Of a DNA stretch of 64,000 bases, positions 17,081 through 25,773 are shown piece by piece (position 1 is the first letter of the stretch; each line of letters opens with the position of its first letter). Both the position numbers and the translations under genes were made by a program. The notes under the pieces are model-generated. The model saw nothing but the letters and a program-made list of their open reading frames with translations, made no database searches and was not told the origin of the DNA. Source of the DNA: Candidatus Moranbacteria bacterium GW2011_GWC2_40_12. Lineage in GTDB: Bacteria > Patescibacteriota > Minisyncoccia > Moranbacterales > UBA11712. The stretch spans positions 279,040-343,039 of the forward strand of contig LBYD01000001.1 in assembly GCA_000995965.1 (NCBI GenBank), given 5' to 3'.

Positions 17081-18817
17081 TTATTTGACATTTCGTTTTC
17101 TGTTTTCCAGAAAAGCAACAATTTGATCCGCCGTTAAACAATTCACTATATCCCCTTTCTTTGCCCAGCCCCTGCGCGCCTGTGCGATGCCGAGATCAAG
17201 ATTATGCAATTGATTTTTGCTGTGCGAATCAGTGCCAAGAGAAAGCTTCACGCCGTGTTCGATCGCCCGCCGGATATTCAGGTCGTTCAAATCCAGTCTG
17301 TCCGGATAGGAATTTATTTCGAGAATGGTTTTTGTCCGAGCCGCCGCGCGGAAAATTTCTTCCATATCAAGTTCGTATCCCGATCTTTTGTGGATCACCC
17401 GCCCCGTCGGGTGGGAAATGATATCCACGCGCGGATTTTCCATCGCCCGAATCAATCTTTTTGTCATCTCGGAGCGAGACATTTTGAAATTCGAATGAAT
17501 CGATCCCAAGACAATATCAAACTTCAAGAGGTATTTGTCTTCGAGCGCGATTGTCCCGTCGGGATTTATATCAGCCTCACAGCCCTTAAGTATCCTAAAA
17601 TTCCTAATTTTCCTATTTAAACCATCGATTTCCCTCCACTGTCGTTCGATTGTTTTCACGTCCATTGCCCCTGCTATTTTGAGATGCCCCACATGGTCGG
17701 TGATGGCAATATATTTTCTTCCCAATTTTTTGGCCGCTTCAGCCATTTCTTCAACTCCCTGCGCCCCGTCAGAATAGGTCGTGTGCATTTGCAGATCGCA
17801 TATTACATCTTCGTATTCAACAATTTTCGGGAGCTTATGCGCGAGCGCCAGCTCGATCTCTCCCCGGTTTTCGCGCATTTCAGGACTCATCCAGTCGAGG
17901 CCCATTTTTTTATAAATTTCCTCTTCCGTCCGGCCGGCAATTTGCCGATTATTTTTATCAAAGAGTCCGTATTCATTGAGTTTCCAACCCTTCTTGATGG
18001 CGATTTTTCGAAGCTCAATGTTGTGATCCTTGCTGCCGGTGAAATACTGGAGCGCCGCGCCAAAAGATTTTTCCGGAACGACCCGGAGATCCGCGTCAAT
18101 CCCGATGTCAAGACGCACCATCGATTTCGTTTCGCCCCGCGCGATTATTTTCTCCACATTCGGCAAAGAAACGAAATATTCCATGATTGCACGGGAATCC
18201 CTGGCACTGGCAAGAATATCAATATCCCCGATCGTTTCTCTCCGCCGCCGGAACGACCCGCAGGCCAAAATTTTTTGGACGCCAGGCGCGGAAGCGAGAT
18301 CTTTTTCCATTTTCGAAACGATAGGGGAGACAAAGCCAAGCAAAAAACGGCCCCGATGCTCGCGGGAAAGCGCGATCGAGCGCAAAATGTTCTTTTCTGT
18401 TTTTTGCCCGAAACGGGGGAGTCGGCGCACTTTCCCCGCCCGCGCCGCTTTTTCAAGGTCGCTGATATTCTTCACTCCGAGATTTTTGTATAAAGCGAGG
18501 AGCATTTTCGGCCCGACGCCTCCAACCGAGGAGAAGCTGTCAAGATCAATAGGGGCATCTTTTTTGAGCTTTTCGAAATTTTTAATCTTCCCTGTCTTCA
18601 CATATTCTTCAATATGCTCGGCCATTCCTTTTCCGATCCCCTCGATTTCCATGAGCCCTTTCACGCCCGATTTTTTGTATATATCCTCGAGGTCGTCTTC
18701 CATTGATTCAATAAGCCGCGCCGCCTTTTCATAGGCTCTCGGCCGGAATCGGTCGTCTTTCATCGTATATAGTTCCGCCATTTGAGAGAAAACTTTCGCG
18801 ATTTTGAGATTGAGCAT
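17081..18817 (-). CDS. polX: DNA polymerase X family protein with C-terminal PHP domain
   Basis: HhH motifs, Pol-beta-like nucleotidyltransferase core, PHP motif DLQMHTTYSDG. Confidence 0.9.
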   Translation of the reverse strand: MLNLKIAKVFSQMAELYTMKDDRFRPRAYEKAARLIESMEDDLEDIYKKSGVKGLMEIEGIGKGMAEHIEEYVKTGKIKNFEKLKKDAPIDLDSFSSVGGVGPKMLLALYKNLGVKNISDLEKAARAGKVRRLPRFGQKTEKNILRSIALSREHRGRFLLGFVSPIVSKMEKDLASAPGVQKILACGSFRRRRETIGDIDILASARDSRAIMEYFVSLPNVEKIIARGETKSMVRLDIGIDADLRVVPEKSFGAALQYFTGSKDHNIELRKIAIKKGWKLNEYGLFDKNNRQIAGRTEEEIYKKMGLDWMSPEMRENRGEIELALAHKLPKIVEYEDVICDLQMHTTYSDGAQGVEEMAEAAKKLGRKYIAITDHVGHLKIAGAMDVKTIERQWREIDGLNRKIRNFRILKGCEADINPDGTIALEDKYLLKFDIVLGSIHSNFKMSRSEMTKRLIRAMENPRVDIISHPTGRVIHKRSGYELDMEEIFRAAARTKTILEINSYPDRLDLNDLNIRRAIEHGVKLSLGTDSHSKNQLHNLDLGIAQARRGWAKKGDIVNCLTADQIVAFLENRKRNVK

Positions 18818-18819
18818 AA

Positions 18820-18885
18820 TATTTCTTTACGAATTTATTGTATTCGTATATTCGTAATAGATTCGTAATTCGTAAAATAATCATA
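18820..18885. repeat. partial copy of the TACGAAT-rich element, directly 5' of polX
   Basis: ctttacgaatttattgtattcgtatattcgtaatagattcgtaattcgtaaaa. Confidence 0.6.
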
Positions 18886-18952
18886 CCACTATTTTCAAAA
18901 ATAAAAAAAGGGCAGACCTCCATTTCTGCCCGGTTAAACCTTGTTGAAAGGT

Positions 18953-19282
18953 TCATAGATTCCTGCCTGCAGGACAGTATTTATTGCGCTTTTTAAGACG
19001 CGGAGAACTGGCCGTAGCACCGCATAGCTTGCAGAGATTATCCCGCTGTTGATAATTATGCCGCAGATTTCCCTGCCCGCTGAAATACAGCATGGACAAG
19101 AGAGAGCCGCGTGTTGGGTAAAGACGTTTGATCTTGCATTGCTGCCGGCGCTGACATTTATCACAGGAAGCAATTTCACCTTCCTTATTGAAATCGCAAC
19201 CGACTAGAGAAAATCCACACCTTGCCAACGCGCAAAAGCCCAACGTTAGCGGTCTTCCCAAAATATTTCTTCTTTTTGCCAT
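18953..19282 (-). CDS. small cysteine-rich protein A (109 aa)
   Basis: SD AAGGAGG 7 nt before ATG; C-x4-C-x6-C-x10-C-x2-C pattern resembling the ORF at 39991-40242. Confidence 0.5.
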   Translation of the reverse strand: MAKRRNILGRPLTLGFCALARCGFSLVGCDFNKEGEIASCDKCQRRQQCKIKRLYPTRGSLLSMLYFSGQGNLRHNYQQRDNLCKLCGATASSPRLKKRNKYCPAGRNL

Positions 19283-19362
19283 CGACTGACCTCCTTAGTC
19301 AAATGGATTTTTGAATAGATATATTAAAAATATCCTGACAAGTGACAAGAGCCCGGCTCTTG

Positions 19363-20418
19363 TCAAAACTTTTTCAACTCCTTCATAAACTCTTTGAGCA
19401 GATTTTTCTCCTCGACTTTTCTCAAAATTTTTCCCTTTTTGCAAATGAGCCCGACGCCTTCGCCGCCGATGACCGCGAGATCCGCTTCGCGCGCTTCGCC
19501 CGGTCCGTTCACCACGCACCCCATCACGGCCACGTGGATATTTTTATCCACGCCTTCGACCATTTTTTCCACTTTTTCCGCCAAACTTATCAAATCAATT
19601 TTTGTCCGCCCGCAAGTCGGGCAGCTTGTCACTGTGATTCCGCGTTTTCGAAGCCCCAATGATCGCAAAATTTCCCATGATACCTTCACTTCCTCGACTG
19701 GATCGGCCGTCAAAGATACGCGGATTGTATCACCAATGCCTTCGTAGAGCAAGTGGCCGATCCCAATAGACGACATTATCGTACCACGGAAAATGGTTCC
19801 CGCTTCGGTGATTCCGAGATGCAAAGGATAATCCACTTTTCGGCTCAAAAATTTATAGCTCTCGACCGTCCGCTCAATATCTGACGCTTTGAGTGAGATT
19901 ACAATATCCCTAAATTTTAGTTTTTCTAATATTTTTATATGCCGCATCGCCGATTCAACCATCCCTTCAGCCGTCACTTTATTTTTGTGCTTCGCGAGAA
20001 TATCTTTTTCAAGCGAACCCGCGTTCACCCCGATCCGGATGGGAATTTTTTTCTTCCGGCAGGCCGCGACGACAAGACCCACTTTTTCAACCGAACCAAT
20101 ATTCCCGGGATTAATCCGCAATTTGTCCACTCCCTGCTTCACGGCTTCCAGCGCCAACTCGTGCGAAAAATGAATGTCCGCCACGAGCGGAATGTTTATC
20201 CTTTTCTTTATTTTTCCCAATACTTTCGCCGCCGCCATATCCGGCACAGCCACGCGAATGATTTCACACCCCGCTTTTTCTAGTTTTTTTATCTGCGCGA
20301 TTGTCCCGGCGACATCCTCTGTTTTTGTGTTCGCCATCGACTGCACCGCCACCGGCGCGTCGCCACCGATGAAAATTTTCCCGACTTTTATTTTTTTGGT
20401 TTTTCGGCGTTTGATCAT
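19363..20418 (-). CDS. ispG: 4-hydroxy-3-methylbut-2-en-1-yl diphosphate synthase IspG (GcpE)
   Basis: KIFIGGDAPVAVQSM..., C-terminal Cys cluster; start placed at MIKRRK (TATAAT just upstream) rather than the 105-aa upstream extension in the ORF track. Confidence 0.9.
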   Translation of the reverse strand: MIKRRKTKKIKVGKIFIGGDAPVAVQSMANTKTEDVAGTIAQIKKLEKAGCEIIRVAVPDMAAAKVLGKIKKRINIPLVADIHFSHELALEAVKQGVDKLRINPGNIGSVEKVGLVVAACRKKKIPIRIGVNAGSLEKDILAKHKNKVTAEGMVESAMRHIKILEKLKFRDIVISLKASDIERTVESYKFLSRKVDYPLHLGITEAGTIFRGTIMSSIGIGHLLYEGIGDTIRVSLTADPVEEVKVSWEILRSLGLRKRGITVTSCPTCGRTKIDLISLAEKVEKMVEGVDKNIHVAVMGCVVNGPGEAREADLAVIGGEGVGLICKKGKILRKVEEKNLLKEFMKELKKF

Positions 20419-20488
20419 ACACTTAATATTATACAAATCCGGAAAAAAGAAAAGGGCAGCCCTCCATGGCCGCCCCGGGGAATCTAAA

Positions 20489-20692
20489 TTATTTTTCTCT
20501 AACCTTGCTTCTTGCGGGCTGACGTATCTTTGCCACATAGCCCTGGCTGACGCCGTCTTTGGGATTCTTGGAGTTCTCCTTTTTTTCACACCTCTTAGTC
20601 CTATCACAGTTATTACACTCCGTATACCCTTTCCTGCGATAGCAATATTCAGTTCCCGTAAAAATACAACGAAACCATAATGATTCTGCCAT
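20489..20692 (-). CDS. small cysteine-rich protein B (68 aa), downstream member of tandem pair
   Basis: SD GGAGGG 4 nt before ATG; CIFTGTEYC...CNNCDRTKRC. Confidence 0.5.
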   Translation of the reverse strand: MAESLWFRCIFTGTEYCYRRKGYTECNNCDRTKRCEKKENSKNPKDGVSQGYVAKIRQPARSKVREK

Positions 20693-20702
20693 GTTTCCCT
20701 CC

Positions 20703-20885
20703 TCAAAATAATGGTGGCTGTCTCTTTTTGCACTTGTCACAGATAGTTTTTCTTGTCCGATCGTTTTCCTCCGCGCCGCATGTCTTTGGATCAAGATCGC
20801 ATTCGGCGCATTCACTGAGTCCGGACTCGTCTTCACAGGAGAGATTCCTCCCGCAAACACAACATTTCTCAGTCAGAGTTTTCAA
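20703..20885 (-). CDS. small cysteine-rich protein C (60 aa, TTG start), upstream member of tandem pair
   Basis: SD AAGGAGG 6 nt before TTG; four CxxC-like pairs (CCVCG, CEDESGLSEC, CAEC, CDKC). Confidence 0.5.
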   Translation of the reverse strand: MKTLTEKCCVCGRNLSCEDESGLSECAECDLDPKTCGAEENDRTRKTICDKCKKRQPPLF

Positions 20886-21054
20886 AGTTCCTCCTTATAA
20901 TGTAATCATAAACATTTGGATATTTACGATTAATTTTGTATTTTCCTGCCAATTTCATATCATATTTTCACCCTAAAAGTCAAACTACGACATATTTTTT
21001 AATGAATATATCAACAATAATTATGCTATAGCATAATTATTGTCTATGGACATT

Positions 21055-23850
21055 TTAGGATTGAGATTTATTTTTACTTTCCGCTTTTCTTGCTTCCTCG
21101 AATATGAATACGGCCAGAGTCGCTCCGATCACCACCAGCCAGTCCCAAAAATCAATTGGCGACATATGAAGATATTTTTGAAAAAATGGAATATACATAA
21201 ACGCCAGAAGCATTCCCACTGAAATGAAAATTGAACCGATAAGCCACCTGTTCTTGAAAAATCCGATTTTGAAAACAGAGAGTTTTTCGCTTCTCGCTTG
21301 CATCAAATTGGCCATCTGGGTCATCGAGAGCACCGCATATGTCACCGCCGTCGATTTGATATAGAGCGCTGAACTGAAATCTATTTTTTCTCCGAAATTC
21401 CATCCGCCTCTTTTCATAGACCAGAGAAAGGCTACAATAGCTCCTGTCGCCATGATGAACCCGATATAAAAGAGCCGCCCGAAACCAAAACTCCCAATTA
21501 GCCGCTCGTTGGGATCAAATGTTTTTCTTTTCGTATTTCCCGCCTGCCTGCCCGTTGGCAAGGTTTCGGCCGGCTCGACGCCAAGCGCCAGCGAAGGAAA
21601 TACGTCTGTTCCAAGATCGATCGCAAGAATTTGCACTGCCGTGATGGGAGCCGGAATCATAAACAGGGTTCCGAAAATGACCGTCAAAAATTCGCTGGCG
21701 TTCGAAGAAAGGACATAATAGATGAATTTGCGAATATTTTGATAAATTGTCCTCCCTTCTTTGATTCCGGCAACAATTGAAGAGAAATTATCGTCAAGGA
21801 GAATCATGTCCGAGGCTTCCTTGGAAACATCTGTGCCGATTATTCCCATTGCCACTCCGACATCCGCCTTCTTGAGAGCTGGCGCGTCATTCACTCCGTC
21901 TCCTGTCATCGCTATAACCGCTCCCGATTTTTTGAGAACCGATGCTATGCGCAGTTTTTGCTCGGGAGTGATGCGGGCAAAAACCGAAGCGCCATTTTTA
22001 ATTCGCTTAACAATTTCATTGTCTGGCAAAGTATTCAATATCTTGCCATTAATCACAAAATTATCCGAATTATCAATTGCGAATTTCGAATTACTGCGCA
22101 AAAGATTCACCTTTTGCGCTATCGCTCTCGCTGTCACCTCATAGTCACCTGTTATCATAATCACTTTTATTCCCAATTGCTGGCATTCTTCAATGGCTTT
22201 GGCAACATCGGCTCTCGGCGGGTCAATCATCGCCATCATTCCGACCCAAATCAAATTTTTTTCGGATTCTTTTTTGCAATCGTTTTTATTATAGTTTTCG
22301 AGTGGGCAATAGGCGAAAGCCAAGACCCGAAGCGCTTGTGAAGACATCCGGTCATAAATTTCTTTTGTCTTCTTCTTTTCTTCATCTGAAAAGGGGACTA
22401 TCCCCTCCCTGGTCAATTTTTTGGGGGAGAGGCTCAAGAGAACATCCGGCGAACCCTTAATATACGAAAATATTCCATCCTTACTTCCTTGATTTCCATT
22501 GTTTTTTTCATAAATAACGCTCATGCGCATCCGTTCCGATTCGAACGGATTTTCGTCAACTTTTCGCTCCCCTGCCCCGAAATATTTCTCATCCGGATTA
22601 TATTTCCTCGCCGCGACAATCAGCGCCCCCTCTGTCGGATCGCCAATAATTTTATAATCTTCGCCTTCTTTCTCCAGGCTCGCGTCATTGCAAAGCGCGC
22701 CGATTTTGAGAATTAGGCCCAGGTTCTGAATCTTTTTCGGATCGATCGGCTTGCCATTCACAAGAAATTTTCCAGCCGGCCTGTATCCCTCCCCGCTCAC
22801 CTCGATTTCTTTCTCATCCAAAACAATTTTGGTCACCATCAGCTCATTTTTGGTGATTGTTCCCGTTTTGTCCGTGCAAATGATATTTATCGATCCGAGT
22901 GTTTCGACCGCAATCAATTTTTTTACTAGCACATTTTCCTTCATGAGCCTTCGCATCCCAAGTGAAAGAGCGACTGACATGGCCGCCGGCAGTCCTTCCG
23001 GAACCACCGAGACCGCAACCGCAAGCGCGAAAAGGAAATTCTGATACCAGGAAAGATGCTGAAATCCTCCGGCAACAAGTACCAGAACCGCGATCACCAT
23101 CGCCAAAATCGAAATATCCCTCCCAAGGGTGCGCATTTTTTTCTGAAGCGGGGTCAATTCATCCGCCACTTCTGTTGCGAGCTCGGCGATTTTTCCGAGC
23201 TCTGTTTTTATCCCCGTTGCAACGACAACCGCTTTTGCCTCGCCCTTCGTCACCTGTTCTCCAGTAAAAACCATATTTTCAATGTCCGCTATTGGAAGAC
23301 TTTCTTCAGCGATCAGTTTCGCTTCCTTTCGCTCCGGTTTTGACTCTCCCGTGAAAACAAAACTGTTCGTGTGGAGATTGTAGCTTTCGAGAATATGTCC
23401 GTCCGCCGGGACATTGTCGCCTGAAGCCATAAAAATTATGTCTCCCGGCACAATTTCACTGGCATCAATTTCTTTTTTTCGGCCATTGCGGATAACCGTC
23501 GCTTTGTCAGATGCCAGTTTTTGGATCCGATCCATAATCCGCTCTGCTTTCCATTCCTGAGAAAAACCGATTATCGAGTTAATAAGGATAATGATCAGAA
23601 TGATTGTCACGTCCTTCATTTCTCCAAACGCCAAAGCCAAAACAGCCGCTATCAGCAAGATCCATACCAATGCGTCATTGAATTGGTGCAAAACCAGCTT
23701 TGCCCATCGCCATCTCTCACGTTTTTCAATTTTGTTCGAACCGTATTCTCTCAATCGATTCCCGGCTTCCTCATCCGAAAGCCCGCCCAAATTCGTCCCA
23801 AACTTCCCCAAAACCTCTTCCGCGCTCAAATTGTATATTTGTTTTTCCAT
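21055..23850 (-). CDS. cation-transporting P-type ATPase (type II, Ca2+/Mg2+-like)
   Basis: ICTDKTGTITKN phosphorylation motif, MTGDGVNDAPALKKADVGVAMG, TGES, 10 TM. Confidence 0.9.
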   Translation of the reverse strand: MEKQIYNLSAEEVLGKFGTNLGGLSDEEAGNRLREYGSNKIEKRERWRWAKLVLHQFNDALVWILLIAAVLALAFGEMKDVTIILIIILINSIIGFSQEWKAERIMDRIQKLASDKATVIRNGRKKEIDASEIVPGDIIFMASGDNVPADGHILESYNLHTNSFVFTGESKPERKEAKLIAEESLPIADIENMVFTGEQVTKGEAKAVVVATGIKTELGKIAELATEVADELTPLQKKMRTLGRDISILAMVIAVLVLVAGGFQHLSWYQNFLFALAVAVSVVPEGLPAAMSVALSLGMRRLMKENVLVKKLIAVETLGSINIICTDKTGTITKNELMVTKIVLDEKEIEVSGEGYRPAGKFLVNGKPIDPKKIQNLGLILKIGALCNDASLEKEGEDYKIIGDPTEGALIVAARKYNPDEKYFGAGERKVDENPFESERMRMSVIYEKNNGNQGSKDGIFSYIKGSPDVLLSLSPKKLTREGIVPFSDEEKKKTKEIYDRMSSQALRVLAFAYCPLENYNKNDCKKESEKNLIWVGMMAMIDPPRADVAKAIEECQQLGIKVIMITGDYEVTARAIAQKVNLLRSNSKFAIDNSDNFVINGKILNTLPDNEIVKRIKNGASVFARITPEQKLRIASVLKKSGAVIAMTGDGVNDAPALKKADVGVAMGIIGTDVSKEASDMILLDDNFSSIVAGIKEGRTIYQNIRKFIYYVLSSNASEFLTVIFGTLFMIPAPITAVQILAIDLGTDVFPSLALGVEPAETLPTGRQAGNTKRKTFDPNERLIGSFGFGRLFYIGFIMATGAIVAFLWSMKRGGWNFGEKIDFSSALYIKSTAVTYAVLSMTQMANLMQARSEKLSVFKIGFFKNRWLIGSIFISVGMLLAFMYIPFFQKYLHMSPIDFWDWLVVIGATLAVFIFEEARKAESKNKSQS

Positions 23851-23857
23851 AGCCCTT

Positions 23858-23878
23858 CGTAGGTGTCGGACACCTACG
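23858..23878. repeat. PE-B: 21-nt perfect palindrome CGTAGGTGTC-G/C-GACACCTACG at 3' flank of RAYT-2
   Basis: distinct from PE-A; located between P-type ATPase start and RAYT-2 stop. Confidence 0.85.
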
Positions 23879-23880
23879 AT

Positions 23881-24528
23881 TTATTCTAGTAAATATTTCT
23901 CCCTTTCCTTTTTCTCTTTCATATACAAAGAATTTTCTTTTATAAATTCTCGATATTCATTCTTATTTTTAAATTCATTAAGAATAACACCTGTGTCACA
24001 AATCCCCCCGTTTCTTTTCCCAGTATAATCTAAAAAACTGGAATATGGCCAGTCAAAATCGTCACCGTATCCATGAATAAAATAGTTTTTGTTAACATAG
24101 GCTGATAAATAAAGAAGATGTGCGTTTGTCCTTATACGGATCGATTTAAATTTCCCCTGAAACAATACTCCGGATCTTTTGTAATGATAGTTGAAATAAT
24201 TTGTATAACCGCCTCCGAGCCTTTTCATATATTCAGAAATTCCATGTTCTGTTGATTGTTTTAAGATCAAGTGAAAATGATTCGGATTAAGACAATAACA
24301 TATGATTTCAACTAATTTTTCCATTCGTAGGTGTCCGACACCTACGTCTTGCTTTCTTTCTTGCTGACTGTGCCTATACAAGCTATGGATAGGATCAATT
24401 TGGTTAAATTCTTTCATGGACGTTAAAAATCGATTATAGTCTCTGTTGGATAAAAAAACTTTCCGTTTTTCAACGCCACGGTTATAAATGTGGTAATATT
24501 CATTGACATCTAGGGGTTGTTTTCTCAT
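23881..24528 (-). CDS. IS200/IS605-family Y1 transposase, RAYT-like (RAYT-2), paralog of 14337-14996
   Basis: EYYHIYNRG, NHFHLIL (HuH), YLLYLSAYVNKN, SGVLFQGKFK; own palindrome PE-B on both flanks and in-frame (VGVGHLR). Confidence 0.8.
   Translation of the reverse strand: MRKQPLDVNEYYHIYNRGVEKRKVFLSNRDYNRFLTSMKEFNQIDPIHSLYRHSQQERKQDVGVGHLRMEKLVEIICYCLNPNHFHLILKQSTEHGISEYMKRLGGGYTNYFNYHYKRSGVLFQGKFKSIRIRTNAHLLYLSAYVNKNYFIHGYGDDFDWPYSSFLDYTGKRNGGICDTGVILNEFKNKNEYREFIKENSLYMKEKKEREKYLLE
24326..24346. repeat. PE-B palindrome copy inside RAYT-2 coding sequence (in-frame)
   Basis: CGTAGGTGTCCGACACCTACG. Confidence 0.85.
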
Positions 24529-24534
24529 AAACCT

Positions 24535-24552
24535 TAGGTGTCGAACACCTAC
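24535..24552. repeat. degenerate PE-B copy at the 5' flank of RAYT-2
   Basis: TAGGTGTCGAACACCTAC (one mismatch in loop). Confidence 0.7.
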
Positions 24553-24580
24553 AAAATCATTTTACCACAAAACCGGCCGC

Positions 24581-24610
24581 TTGACGCCCCCCCCAAAAAA
24601 AAGAGATAAT
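24581..24610 (+). promoter_or_regulatory. sigma-70-like promoter TTGACG-N18-GATAAT whose spacer is a C8A8 homopolymer tract
   Basis: gcTTGACGccccccccaaaaaaaagaGATAATgg about 35 nt upstream of the PilX-like gene. Confidence 0.4.
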
Positions 24611-24642
24611 GGATATAGCTTAACCTTCTAAAACAAAAACAT

Positions 24643-25209
24643 ATGCGCGAAAACAAAAAAGGTTCCGCCCTTCTTCTCACCACCATTCTTCTTTTCGTGG
24701 TGCTTTCTATGGTAATCAGTCTTACCTATATAACCGTAATGGAGCAGAAGATGAGCGGGAAAACCAAAAGCTCCGTCGGTTCCTTCTTCAACGCCGATTC
24801 TGGAGTGGAATGGGCGCTCAACAGAATTGCCAATGCAGACAGCGATATCACCATCGCCACAGCTTTTGGCGACTCGGATATAGCTGATGGCGTCACTTGT
24901 CCCTTTCCGGGTTGCAACCTCTATTTTCTCGATGAAAATGGAAAAGTGATCTCTGACGGCAATACCTTCCGTGTTTCCGACATCAAAGCAGTCCGCTCCG
25001 TCGGGACCAACGAGACCGGTGATCCCACCCAGCGGGCTATTGAAGCGGCGGTGGCGGAGACGGGCATCGGAAAATATCAAATATCTTGCTCATTATCTGG
25101 TGCTCTAACTATGTGCTGCAGAGTGGATACAGAAACGGGATCGACCGAATGCAAGATGACTCCCGATCACCCGAATCCTTGGATTACATTTGGCAATAAG
25201 CCTTGGTAA
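24643..25209 (+). CDS. PilX-N-domain minor pilin / pseudopilin-like protein
   Basis: N-terminus KKGSALLLTTILLFVVLSMVISLTYITVMEQKMSGKTK matches PilX_N (hydrophobic helix followed by EERMAGN-like motif); Cys-rich globular C-terminal part. Confidence 0.6.
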   Translation: MRENKKGSALLLTTILLFVVLSMVISLTYITVMEQKMSGKTKSSVGSFFNADSGVEWALNRIANADSDITIATAFGDSDIADGVTCPFPGCNLYFLDENGKVISDGNTFRVSDIKAVRSVGTNETGDPTQRAIEAAVAETGIGKYQISCSLSGALTMCCRVDTETGSTECKMTPDHPNPWITFGNKPW

Positions 25210-25248
25210 TTAGAGCTTCGCTAAAGTTGAACCTTAGCGAGAATAGAA

Positions 25249-25276
25249 AGAGCGGATATTTCCGCTCTTTTTCTTT
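25249..25276 (+). terminator. intrinsic terminator downstream of the PilX-like gene
   Basis: AGAGCGGATATTTCCGCTCT + TTTTCTTTATTTT. Confidence 0.5.
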
Positions 25277-25642
25277 ATTTTATAACATAACTCGACCCAA
25301 CATTAACCATTCCTAAAGTTGAACTTTAGGAAGAGAGGATATCTCGTGGATATTGTCAGTTATTGATTGATGTCAAATCACTATCATACGATAGTAAAAC
25401 AAAAAGCTAAAAAAGGAATCGAAAAATTTTAGAGTTTTGCTAAGGTTCGACCTTAGCAAAGGCAGGAATTGGAAATTTTTTTATATTTCCTTCCTTCCCT
25501 CAATTGCGCCGGTGAGTAACCATTCCTAAAGTTTAACTTAAGGAAGTCAAAAAGAACGAGTCCACAGCTCGTTCTTTGAATATTATCCAAAAATTTGTTA
25601 TCCTAAGGCTTCCTAACATCCGATGTTAGAAAATAGAAAACT

Positions 25643-25674
25643 CACCGCTTTCGAGCGGTGGGTTTTTCTTTTGC
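25643..25674. terminator. bidirectional intrinsic terminator (serves htrA on minus strand)
   Basis: CACCGCTTTCGAGCGGTG flanked by A-rich (5') and T-rich (3') runs. Confidence 0.45.
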
Positions 25675-25747
25675 GGATTCTTTTGTAACCCTTACCAACA
25701 TTGAATGTTGGTAAGATGTTGGTAAGAAAAAAAGCGGTTTAGTTTTT

Positions 25748-25768
25748 GTAGGTGTCCGACACACCTAT
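25748..25768. repeat. degenerate PE-B copy just 3' of htrA
   Basis: GTAGGTGTCCGACACACCTAT. Confidence 0.6.
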
Positions 25769-25773
25769 GAGTT

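Larger units (their letters stand above)
25218..25715. repeat. non-coding array of six diverged 23-nt palindromes (core CTAA-N9-TTAG), BIME/REP-cluster-like
   Basis: 25218 tcgctaaagttgaaccttagcga; 25310 ttcctaaagttgaactttaggaa; 25437 ttgctaaggttcgaccttagcaa; 25523 ttcctaaagtttaacttaaggaa; 25610 ttcctaacatccgatgttagaaa; 25693 ttaccaacattgaatgttggtaa; no ORF of 60 aa or more. Confidence 0.75.

Noticed and set aside
19363-20733. 456-aa ispG ORF with 105-aa N-terminal extension
   Set aside because: Extension has no homology to IspG and overlaps the two Cys-rich genes on the same strand; true start is MIKRRK at 20418.
25218-25715. Possible CRISPR array
   Set aside because: Repeats are individually palindromic, not identical to each other, irregularly spaced (88-135 bp), and no cas genes are nearby. 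They fit a REP/BIME-like cluster better.
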